Part shown: piece by piece, positions 37,224 to 50,700 of the stretch
Layout: each line of letters starts with the position of its first letter
Position numbering within the stretch: position 1 is the first letter of the stretch
Source: Moniliella sp. 'wahieum'
Taxonomy: Eukaryota
Reading direction: 5' to 3'
Assembly (NCBI GenBank): GCA_003971905.1
Contig: RSEE01000061.1
Span: 124,001-188,000, forward strand
Length of the DNA: 64,000 nucleotides
The notes under the pieces: model-generated
The model's input: the letters and a program-made list of their open reading frames with translations, nothing else
What the model was told of the DNA's origin: nothing
Database searches by the model: none
Position numbers and translations under genes: made by a program

Positions 37224-37635
37224 ATGTCCACCATCGCACACGCCGAAGCTGGCCTCACTGGGGCCGACCAGCTGCCCAAGGGCGACGACCAGTACGCTGG
37301 CAAGGCGCCGCAGCACGCGGGCCAGGTGCACTCGCACGAAACGCTCGACTCGCGCGACGGCAAGTCGCTCAAGGTACGAACGCCGTCCTGCGCCTTATTT
37401 TATGGCTACTGTGATGTGATCGAATGCGTACTGACCAGGGCTCCGTGGTGGTGCAGAACAAGCTGGACCAGGCGCGCGGAGGACAAGGCCGAGAACAGCG
37501 AGCAACCAACCGGACGAGGCGCCTACCGAGCATGCTCGCAAGCACGGCAATGAGCCCTCCAAGGGCGCCAAGATCGACGAGCAAATCGAGAAGGAGGAGG
37601 CTGAGATGCTCAAGAAAAAGGGGATCCAACCGTAA
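37224..37635 (+). CDS. Small hydrophilic fungal protein (HGNEPSKGAKIDE motif), 2 exons
   Basis: MSTIAHAEAGLTGADQLPKG..DSRDGKSLK, intron 37374-37456 (GTACGA..CTGAC..CAG), NKLDQA..ARKHGNEPSKGAKIDEQIEKEEAEMLKKKGIQP*. Small indels in exon 2. Confidence 0.75.
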
Positions 37636-38147
37636 AAAGGAGACTTGGGACTAATCTATGGTGTTTTCCTCCTCGGGTATAAATTCACCCGCCCCCATTA
37701 GTGGTGCTATTTCGTTGTCCGTTGCGCCTGTACGGTGGTTTGCTCCAACGCAGTGGACAAGCGACCTGTCCGAGAAGCGATTTCATATTCCAGTTTTGCT
37801 ACATCTTTATTCTCACCTCTGTTGCCCATGTTGCATCGGGACCCAAGTCGTATGAGTTTAGAGCAGAGACAATAAGGTGCTGTTGCTCTAGCTCCTGATA
37901 TAGTTTGCGAGGTCAATGAGTGTTTTCTAGGAGGAGGGAAGCTGTAATGGCTTAGAACGTTCAGCAAGAAGGATGCATATTGTTGGCACATAACATAAAG
38001 GAAAGCAAAGGAAACGCAACAGAAAAAAAGAGACAAAAATGCACTGTACAGTTTGTAGGATCGGGGTGGCAAAGGGAAGGAGTGGTGATACACTTTACTG
38101 GCTCGGCGGGTCCAGCTTGAACAGCGTGCCTTGGCGCATCATTTGGA

Positions 38148-41100
38148 TCAGGCGCCCCATGGGCCCCCCGACGAGTAAAAGAATAAGAGCGAGGCGATGA
38201 TCAGAGCCGGCAGCCAGAACAGCATCAGCATCCGGTCCTCCTGCCACGTTCGCAGCCAACGTCCTTCCTCCACCTTGCCCCGGCGACGGCGACGTCCATC
38301 TCCCCCCGTTGAAGCCGATGCCGAGGTTGAAGTAGACGAAGTGGAAGTAGACAGAGCAGAAGCAGAAGGGGAGGAGGAGGCGACGGCCGTTTCATAGGCC
38401 GGAGGTGCCACCTCGTCCAATCCCAAGTCGCGCCCTTTTCTTTCTTTTTGGTAGATTGGAGCTGTTCTTCAGAGAACGCCGGAACCGTTTGCTCCACCCT
38501 GTACACCGACAGGGGAGCAGCAATACTGTTCAGCACGGCCGGGAAGAAGAACCGATTGAGGCCTCCGAGATGGAACCTTCTCTTCTTCTCCCCCTTGAGC
38601 GAGGCGGTCAAGAGCCTTCTCATCCGGCTCGGCACATTCCCGCTACGGATCCTTGTCTGGCAACGACTCCATTTTCTCCGACACTGGCTCCTTCTCCAGC
38701 AGCAGCTCCTTGTTTTCGGAAGCAAGCTTCTCTGGTAGGACAACCTTGACAGGCAGTTGAGACGTAGGAGATGATCCCTCTTCGCTCTCCGACTCGGACA
38801 GTGTCTCAGAGGAAATGTTGTCCTCGTCAATGGAGGCTGCCGGGCGGTGACTTGACCCGAGAGAAGCACGAGGAACGCACTCGCCCTCTTCCACTTCTTC
38901 CTCGTCCTCCTCTTCCTCCTCTTCCCCTTCCACGTCCTCGTCTTTTCTTCCGTCTCTTCGTCCCACTCTTCGTCCCACGCCTCCGCATCTGACGATGCCA
39001 TGGTGCACGCAAGGAGGTCAAAGTGTTGCAAAAGAAGTTCCACCGTGTCTTCCTGGCCCGCCATGCGCGCCAGTTGGAGCGGGGTAAGCCCCGAGCGTTT
39101 CGGCACGCGGATCCGCAAACGCACGGAGCAACCGCCTGGTCACCCGCGTCCGGCCATGCAGGGCAGCAAAGTGCAACGGTGTCATGCCACTGTTGTCACG
39201 CGCATTAACCGGCGCTCCCCGACGCAACAGCTCCTCCACCAACCGGGAAAAGCCAAGAACGACAGCTAGGTGCAGTACCGTTTGCCCAGCGCGGTTGGTC
39301 AGGCGGAAGGCGTCCTGCTTCCGCTCGGGGGGAGGAAGGTGGCGCTTGTCGGGGGCGGGCGTGGCACTTCCTCGTCCGATAAGGCAAGCAGAGAGACGAG
39401 GGTGTCTTGGAAATTGAGCGGCTTGTGCGCCCCGTCGGATGCGACACGAGAGAGCAGGGAAAAGTGGGACATGGAACGCTCCAGAGGACGCTCGGCAGAT
39501 TCGTTCGCTGCGCCCTCTGCTGGAGTCGACGAGGAAGGCTCTTGTTTGTCTTGCCCCACCACGCGCATCGCAACATCCCGTGCCGAATGCACTTGTCCCG
39601 TCATCTTGAGTCCCACGACCTGCAGCGCAAGCTCCATCAAGCCCCGATCCGTTTGTTCAACGTAGGTAAAGAACGCCAAGGGCGAGCTTTCTTGCGTATC
39701 GGGAGCAGGAGAGCGAGGGGTTCGAGCGCTCACAATCACTGGGCCCGGGGAGGCGGCCGGAGGCAGGACACAGACCAACGTATTGCTCGCCCACACTTTG
39801 GTGCTGATAGCTGGATGGTCCCCAAAAAGGACCGAGATACCCTGAACAAAGTTTTCTCCCAGAACCGTCACTTCCGTCCCGCCTGTCGTCGGGCCCTCGC
39901 GTGGGATGAGCTGCGTGACTTTCGCCACAGGCTGAGCGGGCGGGGTGAGGGGCGTCATCGAGTTGAGCATCCCCGGTGTCCCGGCATTGGAGCCAAAGAA
40001 GAACATGTTCGACTCGTTCGGACTGGGCAGAGCGTCCATAGGGCTGGGTGGGAAGGAACCGGATGATGGATTGGGCCATTGACCTTGGTTCATCCTCTGC
40101 ATCATCGACATCATAGCCGCATACATTTGCGGAGGCGGCTGCGCATGGTCTTGGAACATGAGGGAATTGCCCGTCGCAGCCTCAGTTTGGGACCGGGCAA
40201 ACATGTAGGCTTGCATTAGCATGGCCGGATCCACCCCGCCGGACGGCTGTGTCGTTTCTTCCGTGGCAAGGGGTTGCAGCGTCTCAGATGACAAGCCCCC
40301 CTGCAGCGCCGAAAGCGGCGCGGTCCCCGTTGGTATCGTTCCCTTGCTTGGAGAGGGAGAGATAGCTTCCTGAGGAGATACAGAGTCACTTATACTCCCA
40401 TGGCGGTGATGCGGCAAGGGAGAAGCACGCTGGGCAGCTGGCGTATGGAAATCACCAGACAACCCTTCCATCGGCGCAGGAGATGAGCTACCGGTTGACA
40501 CTTGCGAGAAGGAACGCTGGGTGCGCATCGCACTTGAGCTGAGCTGCCTGGCATACGGCTTAGGACGAATGATCGTGTTCTTGTGTCGCTGCTGACCGAC
40601 GCGACCAGCCGTGCTGTCCTGAACGGGAGCCGCACCGCCTTCCTCCAGACTGGGAGGGGACGGCGAGGCGGTGCCACGTTGGCCGCTTGACTGAGGCGGT
40701 GGGGTGAACATCTGGTGGTGCAAGTGTGCTGCATTGGCAGCATTCGCACGCGAGAGAGCCTCAGTCAAAGCATCGGCTTGGGCCTGCATCAGGGCCTGGG
40801 CCTGCGGTGTTTGGGACGTCTTGTGGTCGTCGGTAATCATGATTGGCGGTGTGGTACCCGTGGCAAGAAGTTGTCCCGTCCAATCCCGCAGGGTAAAGAT
40901 AATGCAGAACCCCAGCTTCTCCTTATGGTGACGGCAGTAACACGTAATCCGGGTCGGAAGGACCGCTCCCCATTCCGGAACTCAACATAGTCGTGTTGAA
41001 CACACCACTCGGGCCTTTGCCCGTCGTTCCCGCATCTGCACAGCCAGGTCGACCGCCCCTGGGACGGATGGATCGATTCCCAAAGCTTGTATCTCTTCAG

Positions 41101-42055
41101 GGGTGGGAATATCCTCCTTGTCAACCGTACCAGCCTCGCTGTCCTTTCGCTTTCCTCGCCCCTTCATGCGCAAGGTGCGCTTGCGCTCCCGGACTCGGCA
41201 TCCGTCGCATACCTTGATTTGGGAATGGGGTGGGGTGGCGGTGACGACGGTTGCATCAAGGAAGAGCGTGTTTTGCGGGTCAACGTCGGGGGCCTTGTGT
41301 TTGCGGCTCTTGCGTCTCGTGCCTGTGCCGGGGGGCAATTTGATGTGGGAGAAGCTTCCGATCCGCTGCCACAACTCTGTCGGCCCAAAGCGAGCCCGGG
41401 CTGTGGTGAGCGCTTGGGAGGAGGTGATTCCCATGTCGGGAACGGCTTCTTCGCCGGCATGGGGATCCGGACCACCAGGATATGATGGTGGGGTGTTGCG
41501 TACCAATTCGATCCGCATCCGGATCTGAGTCTCCACCCGGCTTTTGGCTCCATAAGCGAGACTCCATGCACGTGGACTTGCAGCTTGTCCACTGTTCCTT
41601 GGGCGGACGGACGATGGTGGTGGCCGTGTACCCTAGGTCAGCGTCGCTTGTGTGGCTATAGTGCGATCCAATACCAAATTGAGCAGGATTGGGCTGCAGG
41701 TCGATCGGCAGTGCCATTTGAGCGGGGTGGACCGCCATAGCTTCGTCTTCCGAGGCCTGCGAGGACAACTTGACGATGGATTCAAGCTCGTTTTCCCTGG
41801 GTCTGATGGGTAGCCGTAGAAATAGTCAGTATAGGCCGCCAAGGCCAGAGACGGACAAGGGACATACGCGATGCTGTCGGAACAAATCATCTCAGCAAAT
41901 GTGGCCTCTACGGCAGCTTCGTCCGAGGTAGGCAGCGGGGCGTTCCAAGCAGACAGGGCCTGTGGCTCGACCGTGTGCGGATTGAAGCCGGAGGAGGAAG
42001 GGGGTGGGAAAGTCGGTGGGCGGGGGGCCGAAAGCTGGCTTGAGGGGTTGGCCAT
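38148..42055 (-). CDS. MGA2: Membrane-bound transcription factor Spt23/Mga2 (IPT/TIG, ankyrin repeats, C-terminal TM), frameshifted
   Basis: (SR)VETQIRMRIEL, VCDGCRVRERKR, RITCYCRH-like segment, IPT LIPREGPTTGGTEVTVLGENF..VWASNTLVCVLPP, TDRGLMELALQVVGLKMTG, ankyrin DNSGMTPLHFAALHG, tail QEDRMLMLFWLPALII. Confidence 0.9.
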
Positions 42056-42449
42056 GCTGGGGGTGATGCGGGTGGTCGTGTTCGCTGGATGGGCCCTCGC
42101 TGGTGAGCGGGGCGGAGCTGGAAGGCGAGGGGGTGTTGAGGGAGAGGTCGGGAGGCGAGTCGAGGGTGGCGGAGGGCGGGGAGGTTGGAGGCAGAGGAGT
42201 CGAAGGATGCGTCGAGGTCATGCTCGCGCGCGTATGAATGCAAGGCGGCGGCAGCGACAGCCGACTGGGCGACGGCGTTGGCAGAGCCAGACATGGCGGC
42301 GGGGAGGAGGAAGGTGTGAGGGAGGAGGGAGTGGTGAGGGTGGTGAGTGCCGAGCAAGGCCAACGAGAGCGGATGCGCTGGCTGGGGCATCCAGTCCAAC
42401 GCAGGCACGCGCGTGTGCTTTGGGGGCCCAACCAATGCTTTTTTGCACC

Positions 42450-42526
42450 ATCACTCGATCACTCGATCACTCGATCACTCGATCACTCGATCACTCGATC
42501 ACTCGATCACTCGATCACTCGATCAC
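42450..42526. repeat. Perfect 8-bp tandem repeat (ATCACTCG)x9.6
   Basis: Read directly from the sequence; about 400 bp upstream of the Spt23/Mga2 start. Confidence 0.95.
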
Positions 42527-43550
42527 CACCAGCACCCGCCGCTGCTCCGACGCAGCCCATGTTGCGCAGCGTGGCATGGCGCGTGTGGGATCGGCCGCTG
42601 CAGCACCCTGCCTCCGCCAGCCAGCGCACGCGCCCCGCACGGCGCCAGTGTTGCCCCGCGCACCCCATTCCGATTTGTTGGGAGCCAGCCCCCCAACTTG
42701 GCTTCGTCTCGTTGGGGCTCGGGCTTCGGCCTTTCCCGCTGCAACTTTCAACCGCACGCGCCAGTCCGCTTAGTCCGCTTTCCTGCGTCCGCATACGCGG
42801 TGCGCGCCACTCAAAGTGCACTCCCCCACGCGCCCCCCACCCGCGCTTCCGTTCCTCGCCTCCCCTGCTGCTGCTCCCCCCCCCACGAATCGGGCGCAAG
42901 CTATGCGGCTACCAGCGGCCAACACACGCGTCCAAGTAAGCCACTGACGTCAGTCGTCCCGTAGAGACACACCTAGTACTCCTTCCGAGTCCTCCCACTA
43001 CCAAGGCGCAGAATTGCTTCGCCCCTTTGCCCCGCACGCGCGCTGATTCGCCGCTCCCTCGCTCCACGGCCGTGCGGGCCGCCATTTCCGCACACACCGC
43101 AATGGGGAATCAAAACGTGTCATGCATCGTCCCATCCACCACCTTCCGGCGCTCATCTTGAATGCACAACGGCCCTCTATTATAACCTTCCGAGTCACCT
43201 TTGATTTGGTCTATCCCTCTCCAGCCCCAAAAGACAGACGCGCTGATGCACTGCGATCACACAGTAACTCCCTCGAGCAGAACCCTTCGCTTCAGATGGT
43301 AGTGCTTGTGAAAGAAGACTTGTGGCTCGTCACTAGTCATTAGCAGGACGGGGTTGGCTCCTACAGCTTCACTGTGTTGGGACCCGGGTGCCCCCCTGCA
43401 TGGGCCAAGGCGCCTTATCGATTGTCGTCCTTTGCCCCTTACTTGATCTCTGAAGCCTCCACGTGGATCCTCCGGTTGCTGTCCCTCTGGTCTATGCACC
43501 ACATCGTCGCCAATGTAGGCAGGGCGGTGGAGACGATATCCCCTTGATTC

Positions 43551-44566
43551 TCATCCCAGTACGGCGCGTGCCAGGAGCAGGAACCCCGCGGCCGTGACAC
43601 AGGAGGCGCACAAGTTGACCGAATTGTTCGACAGTACATCGTGGCCCGTGACCACGACCCACTCCTCCTCCTTGGGCGGCGACCGAGGAGGACCTGTCCT
43701 CCCCCTCCCGGAGCAGGTCGGAACCAAGTCCGCTGCAAGGTGGCACCCAGGACCGAATCAAGCATGCTGCCCCCTAGCCCAGCCAGCGTAGTGAGCGCCA
43801 CCAGCGCCGCTCCTCGCCCCCAAGCGGCTGCCGCGCACGGAATGCTTCCACGGCACGAGGAGGAGACCGATGGTAGTGCCGCCTACGGCAGAACAGAGTG
43901 TCCCCCAGGCAGATACCCCGCCGTTGGTGCCGGGAGGAACGGTGCGTGTGGGGTGGGTGACGAGCCGGGGACGACGTTGGCTAAGAATGCCCAGTTCGCT
44001 GGCCAACGTGTCGCCGAGACAGCACGCGTAGTGGCCTGTGGCAAGAAAGAGGAGGGAAGAAGCGAGAAGCGTGGCGGGGTCGGACCCCCCCACCATCCAA
44101 GAAACCGGGTACCAATGCGTGTCTGGTCCAGGATCGGCTCAGGGAGAGGAAGAAGCGGTAGGTGAGCGCAGCGAGTGCGGCTGCGCGGTGCCATTGCATC
44201 GGGGTCAGAGCATAACTATACAGCTACAGCATCGTTGGACACGGGTGACATACGGAGAAAGGAATTGCAGAGGACTTGGTAGGCGTCCCTTTTGCCGCCA
44301 GAGGAGGACTTGTGTTCCCCTCCCAGCTCGGTTTCGAGCTGCGCCTTGCGCTCGGCCTTGACTTTGGTGGCACGCGAGCCGGCAAAGTAGAACCCGAGGA
44401 GCAGGACACCAAACGCGGGGTGGGGGTTGGCGAGGTGCGCATACCCGACGCCGGCCGCGGCCAGGCCGCCCGAGGCAGACAGACTACCCTTGCGCCATCC
44501 GTGATAGCCGAGCGCGACGGCGAGAGAGAGCGTGCCCAGATGCGGATCAAGGCCGTGGATGAGCAT
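43551..44566 (-). CDS. DUF92/TMEM19 family integral membrane protein, frameshifted
   Basis: [103 protein letters not shown]. Confidence 0.9.
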
Positions 44567-44997
44567 GGCGGTGTTGCTGTGTTGCGAGTGTGGAATTGGG
44601 CCGAGGCAGGGAGCGCAACGCCACGCAGCACGAGAGAATGAACGTTTCAGAGCAGGGCGGTGGCTGCAGGGCAGCTGACATGTGGCATGCGACGGCAGGC
44701 CGAGGGATCTGCCGGATGGCTGCGTCGTGGAGATGATCTCCAGCCAGCGCCGACTGCGGGGGGGGCTGGTAGGGTTGGCTGGCTGCGAGCGGTGGTGACG
44801 TCGTAGGCCGAGGGGTGATGCTCGATGCATGGTGATGCTGATGGCTGCATGGTGATGTGATGTGTGACATGCTGGGCAAAACAGGTTGTTGCACAGGAGC
44901 AGCAACCGCCAGCCCGCAGGCCAGACACGCCCGACCGCACCGCGTCCAGCTGGGCCCTCCCCTCCACCTCCCGCCCTCCCCCCGCCCCCTCGCCGCC

Positions 44998-47157
44998 ATG
45001 GCCGAAGCGTACGGCCGCCGGCCACGCACTACGTTCCCCCTCCGCCCCCCCCCGCCGCCCCTCGTCTACCCTACCCGCCCGCCTCCAGGCCCAACGAGCC
45101 CATGGCATCATACCGTCCCCATCCCCGCCTCCCCCCACACCCTTCCCCTTCTCCGTCGCAGCCCTTGCCGCAGCCTCAGGCCCAGCCCCAGCGGCCGCCG
45201 CCACCCCTCACCACCACCATCACCACCACCACCACCACCACCCCTTCCCACCCGCACATGCACAGCGAGGGCATGCCCCGGGTTCCGCCTAATGAGGTAC
45301 CCACTCCCTACTCCCAGCTTCCGCCGCCCAACTACCCCGACTACCTCTCGTCTCAGCTGCCTGCCTGGTCCGTACCCGCCAGCAACTCTGCTTCCAACAC
45401 AGTCCCCGGCCCCGACCCAATGTATCGCCCCCTCCCCATAGAGGGCATGTCGGCACCTACGCCGATGGGGGCACATCTCGTCTCGGTCCCCATGCCCTCC
45501 GGCTTGCGCCACCCTTCCAAGGCCCTGTTGCCTCTGCCTCTGCTGCTGCCGTTCCTGCAACGACACAGACCCCTCAGGTGCACCTTCCCCGGCCCCGAAC
45601 CGGAATCGGTCGAGCAAGCCGCGCGGCCGGAGTGGGCCTGCCAAGGCCCCGCGCCGCCAAGAAGCCGAGGAACGCGAGCCACGCCGCCGCCGCACGAAGG
45701 GAACAGGTGGAAGAGCCTGCGGGTGAGTCGCGTTTCGCTGCTTCCAACGCCGCGCTGCCTTCGGTCACGGGCGAGAGCAAGAAGGACAAGAAACGAAGGG
45801 AGGTACTGGAACGGATCGAGCGGCAGTACCGTGAATCGTGCGAAAATCGCGAACTGTATGTCCTATCATGGTTTGGGGATACGGGAAACAGAAATTGTGT
45901 AACATTGCGCAACTTGGTCAACTGACGTTCCTATTAGGTTTGCCACGGAGCTCCTGAAAAAAACGGGGAGACCCATACGCGGTTAATGGAGACCCCAACG
46001 TCCGAACGGGAATATCAGTTGGCAGCGGCGCAGTTGACAGTGGAGCGCGACACGTTGCTCACTAAGGTCCAATTGTTCCACCAGTATCTGCTGAAGCAGG
46101 CCCACGCTCGCTTTGAGGCCGACCTGGCGCGGTGGGACGAGGAGGCACAACAGGCCCACCAGCGGATCCGGGACAAGCTCCTCTTTCGGTCGAGCAAAAA
46201 CGAGGGCAGCTCAAGGCGGAAAAGGAGAATGGGGAGGCTGTTTTGAGTACGTATCTTGACTGATCAACGTTCAACGTGGGGAGACGGGACCGCTGACAAT
46301 GGATCGTTCGACCACAGCCGAATCGCTTATGGAGCAACAACGGCAATCCACTCGCAAATTGCGCAACAAACATTCTGGTCGTCCGACACGTGGCTCCTTG
46401 TTGGACGACGATCTGGAAGCGCCCTCGTCCAGCGCGCCAACACGGGGGGACCCTCAGGGTACCCAGGGCGGGAACGCAGGACATCACGGTCTAACCTCTG
46501 GCACCGGAGCATTGGGCCTCAACTTGTCTGGCAGCCTGGTGCAGAGCATGGGCTTTTCCCCCTCGGACTTGTTGGTGCTCACATCTGCAGGTCGCTTGGG
46601 CATCGAGTTTGCACCGCCTCAGTCCGAGGTGAGAGGAACCAAACGCCGCGCAGCGGAGGAGGACGAGTCGATCTCGGATCTGCTTGCAGGGCCGCTGCAT
46701 CTGCGCCTTGACCCTGCCACCGTGCTCGATCTGCTCGGCTTAGGGGGGAGCGCGACCGCTCCCTTTGGTGGCGGCGGGATTATGACCGGTCTTGTTGATG
46801 GGGGCGCAGGGAGCGAACAGGGCGTGGTAATTGTTGGCCCGGGTGCCAACAAGGGCAGGAAAAAGGCACGGCAGGGTCCCGGGGCTGCAGCTGCTGCTGC
46901 TGCTGCGGCGGCGGCTACGGCAAGTGCGCTAGGGGATGTGGAGAGTCCTGTGAGCCACTTGGCGGCTGGCACGGCTGTCCCAGCATCTGTTTTGTCAGCC
47001 ACCATTGGGGCTGGACCAGCAGGCCGGCTCAAGTGGGACCAGGGCAAGTCCCTCCAAGCCCTTACGCGCGGCTGCCCCCGCCGAGGTAGAGGCGGATCTG
47101 GCGCGCATCCGCAAAGCGCTTGGCGCTGGCAACAAGTCACCCGCCAAGCCCATCTGA
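44998..47157 (+). CDS. Sds3-like (Sin3/Rpd3L-associated) protein with Pro/His-rich N-terminus, frameshifted
   Basis: ESKKDKKRREVLERIER..ENRE, intron about 45857-45937, LTVERDTLL..FHQY..RFEAD..QRIRDKLL coiled coil, STRKLRNK, C-terminal EVEADLARIR. The family assignment is by pattern only. Confidence 0.6.
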
Positions 47158-47796
47158 TTCGTATACTGGCAAGTGTCTGCGTCATGTACATCATGTTGTT
47201 TCTATTCGTTCTGTTCTTGAGGGTAGGGCAGCTGAGCGCGGGCTCGAGTTGGTTCTTGGGCTTTTAGGCTAGCAAGGTGTCCCTTGGCGTCTGGCCCAGC
47301 GCACCACATCACGTGCACACACATTTCAAGTTCCAGCGCAGAACATCGATCGACCAGGGAAACTCCGGCGGCAATAGTGGCTGGTTCGGTGCAATTCCCC
47401 CCCCCCCCCCTCGGCCGTGTGATAGATGCGGACAACCCTATTGGCGCTGGTGCGTGGTTCGAACGAGGAGCACGGGGGCAGTCTCCGGCCGGCAGTGTTG
47501 GGGACAAGGGGCACGTTTCAAATGAAACCGCACGGCCGCTGTGGGCATGGCTGCAAAATTTTTTTTCTTCTTCGCCATCGCACCCCGCCAGTGTGAGCCG
47601 CGCGGGCCCAGCTTCCCGTCCAACGCTACCCTCCGTATTTGGTGCTCGCCGTTGGCCGCCTTCGCTTCTCGGTTCGCCACCACCACTGCTCCGTCAGCTG
47701 GAGCCTTTGTACTACTCTGGTACGCTCTCTTCCTTCTCCGTCCCCTCCCCCCGCCCCTGGCCTGCTCATCCCCCTGACACCCGCCCCCAGCCCAGC

Positions 47797-50700
47797 ATGT
47801 CTGTCAACGAGGCGCTTTCACCGACTCGTCTGCCGTTCAGGCCTTGTGGCCGCCGCCAAGGCTGAAGGCCCAAGGCGCTCGCCGGCTTCCCCGAGCTCGT
47901 CCAGAAGGGCTTGACCGACAAGAAGGATGTTGCCCGTGTTGGCGCTGCCGCCCTTGTCAAGGCCATCTGCGACGATGGCACTGGCAAGACGCTGAGGTCT
48001 ACATGTTCCCCGCCACCTACCGTGCTTTGGTTGACGCCATGGGCGACAGGACAAGACTGTTCGCGAGGCTGCGACCAACGCCCTGGTTGCCTTCTCCAGC
48101 GTGCACAGCTCCTGGGCTGTCCCCAAGCCCTCGAGGTGATCCTTGACCAGATCCGCACCGCCGGCAATGGCAAGTCAAGACGGGCCTCGTCAAGGTTCTG
48201 CTCCAGCTTGTCAAGTCAGCCCTGACCGCATTGCTGCGGCCATGCCCGACATTATCCCCGTCATTCGGAGGTCATCTGGACACCAAGCCCGACGTGCAGA
48301 AGGCGTCGCGCGCTGCTCTGACGGACCTTTGCACGCTCATTTCCAACAAGGACATTGAGCGTTTCATTCTGCTCTGATCAAGTCGCTCATCTTCCCGTCG
48401 AGAGGTTCCCAAGACCATTGGTGTGCTTCTCGGCCACTACCTTTGTCCGGAGGTCGACTCGCCCACTCTGGCCCATGGCCCCCCTTCTCCAGCGTGGTTT
48501 GAACGAGCGCCCTACGCCCATCAAGCGTAAGGTAGCCGTCATCATTGACAACATGGCCAAGCTCGTCGACAACGAGCGCACCGTCCGTCCCTTCCTGCCC
48601 AAGCTTCTTCCCGGCTTGATCAAGGTTGAGTCGACCATGGCCGACCCTGAGGCCCGCTCCGTTGTTCAGCGCGCCATCAAGACCCTGCGTGACATTGGCC
48701 ACGTTTCGGGCGACGGCTCGGACATCAAGCCGCTGGAGGACGTGGACTACCCCACCGTTCTCAAGCTCGTTACCGAGCAGTTTGCCGAGAAGAAGCTCGA
48801 CTCGGACAAGGCGCTTGTTGCCTACGTTTCCACCCTCACGGCCAACCTCACCAACGCGCGTGAGTTTGAGCCCTCGGAGTGGGAGGCGGCTCTCCACTCG
48901 TACATCCAGCTCGACAAGAAGGCTACCAAGGAGACCTCTCACGAGATCATCATGGCGCTCCTCAAGTCTCTTGCCAAGTCGTTCGGCGGCGAGGTTGAGG
49001 TCTTTGACGATGAGGAAGAGGGTGTCGACCTCTGCAACTGCCAGTTCTCGCTTGCCTACGGTGCCAAGATTCTGCTCAACACCGCCACCCTCCGTCTTAA
49101 GCGTGGCCACCGCTACGGTCTGCTTGGCCGCAACGGTTCGGGCAAGTCTACCCTGATGCGCGCCATCCAAAACGGCCAGGTCGAGGGCTTCCCTTCGCCC
49201 GAGGAGGTCAAGACGTGGTACGTCGAGCACGACCTTGACGGTTCCGAGGGTACCACCTCGGTTGTCGACTTTATTGTTGCGGACCAGCGCCTCCAGATCA
49301 CCAAGGAGGAGGCCTCCAAGACCCTCAACGAGATGGGCTTTGACCAGGAGCGCCAGGACTCGCCTGTCGCCGGTCTGTCTGGTGGTTGGAAGATGAAGCT
49401 CGCGCTCGCGCGTGCTATCCTCTTCAAGGCCGACATTCTGCTGCTCGACGAGCCGACGAACCACTTGGACGTGGTGAACGTCAAGTGGATCACGGACTAC
49501 CTCAACAGCCTTACCGAGACCACCTCGATCATTGTCTCGCACGACTCGAAGTTCCTCAACGACGTGACGACCGACATTCTCCACCTCAACCGCTTCAAGA
49601 TCAAGCGTTACCCGGGCAACCTCGATGCGTTTGTCAAGCGTGTCCCCGAGGCGCGCTCGTACGTTGAAATCAACTCGGGCGAGGACTACTCGTTCAAGTT
49701 CCCTGAGCCTCCTCTGTTGGACGGTGTCAAGACCAAGGAGAAGTCGCTGCTCAAGATGCGTGATGTGACGTTCCAGTACCCCGGCACGCCCAAGCCCCAG
49801 CTGCTCGGTATCTCGATGCAAGTCTCGCTGTCTTCGCGTGTTGCCATTCTGGGTCCCAACGGTTCGGGCAAGTCGACGCTGGTGAAGCTCATGGTTGGTG
49901 ACACGGAGGCTGCGACGGGTGAGGTGTGGAAGCACCCCAACTTGGTCATTGGTTACGTGGCCCAGCACGCGTTCCACCACATTGACCAGCACTTGGACAA
50001 GACGCCTCTGGAGTACATGCTGTGGCGGTACCAGACCGGTGAGGACTTGGAGGAGTTCCTCAAGAACTCGTCCAAGGAGCTGTCGGAGGAGGAGAAGAAG
50101 ATGCAGAAGCAGGGTGAGGTGTACATTGTGGAGGGTGTCAAGCGCCTGATTGAGTCGATTGTCGGTCGTAAGAAGTTGAAGAACTCGTTCCAATACGAGG
50201 TGTCGTTCAAGAACATGTCGTCGGCCGACAATGTGTGGATTCCGCGTGACGAGCTGATCAAGCGTGGGTTTGAGAAGAAGGTGCTCGAGTTTGACTCGAA
50301 GGAGGCCCAGCGTCTGGGTATGAACCGCCCGCTGGTCCGCAAGGAGATTGAGCAGCACTTTGAGGACTTTGGTCTGGAGCGCGAGTTCACTTCGCACAAC
50401 ACGATGCGTGGCCTGTCGGGTGGCCAGAAGGTCAAGGTCGTGCTGGCTGCCGCTACCTGGCGCCGTCCCCACATCATCATTCTGGATGAGCCGTCCAACT
50501 TCTTGGACCGTGAGTCGCTTGCTGCGCTGATCAATGCGCTCAAGGTGTTTGAGGGTGGTGTGTGCTTGATCACCCACTCGATCGAGGTGTCGGAGGGGGT
50601 GTGCTCGGAAGTCTGGGCCATGGACGGCGGTGTGCTGCGTGCGTCGGGCCACAACTGGGTCGAGGGCCAGGGCTCGGGCCCGCGTATCGACAAGAAGAAG

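Noticed and set aside
41871..42964. Several 170-300 aa ORFs including the ITRSLDHS repeat
   Set aside because: GC-rich promoter/5' UTR plus the 8-bp tandem repeat, open by composition.
48364..50652. 762-aa antisense ORF over eEF3
   Set aside because: Expected shadow of strong codon bias (few TTA/CTA/TCA sense codons); no recognisable protein motifs.
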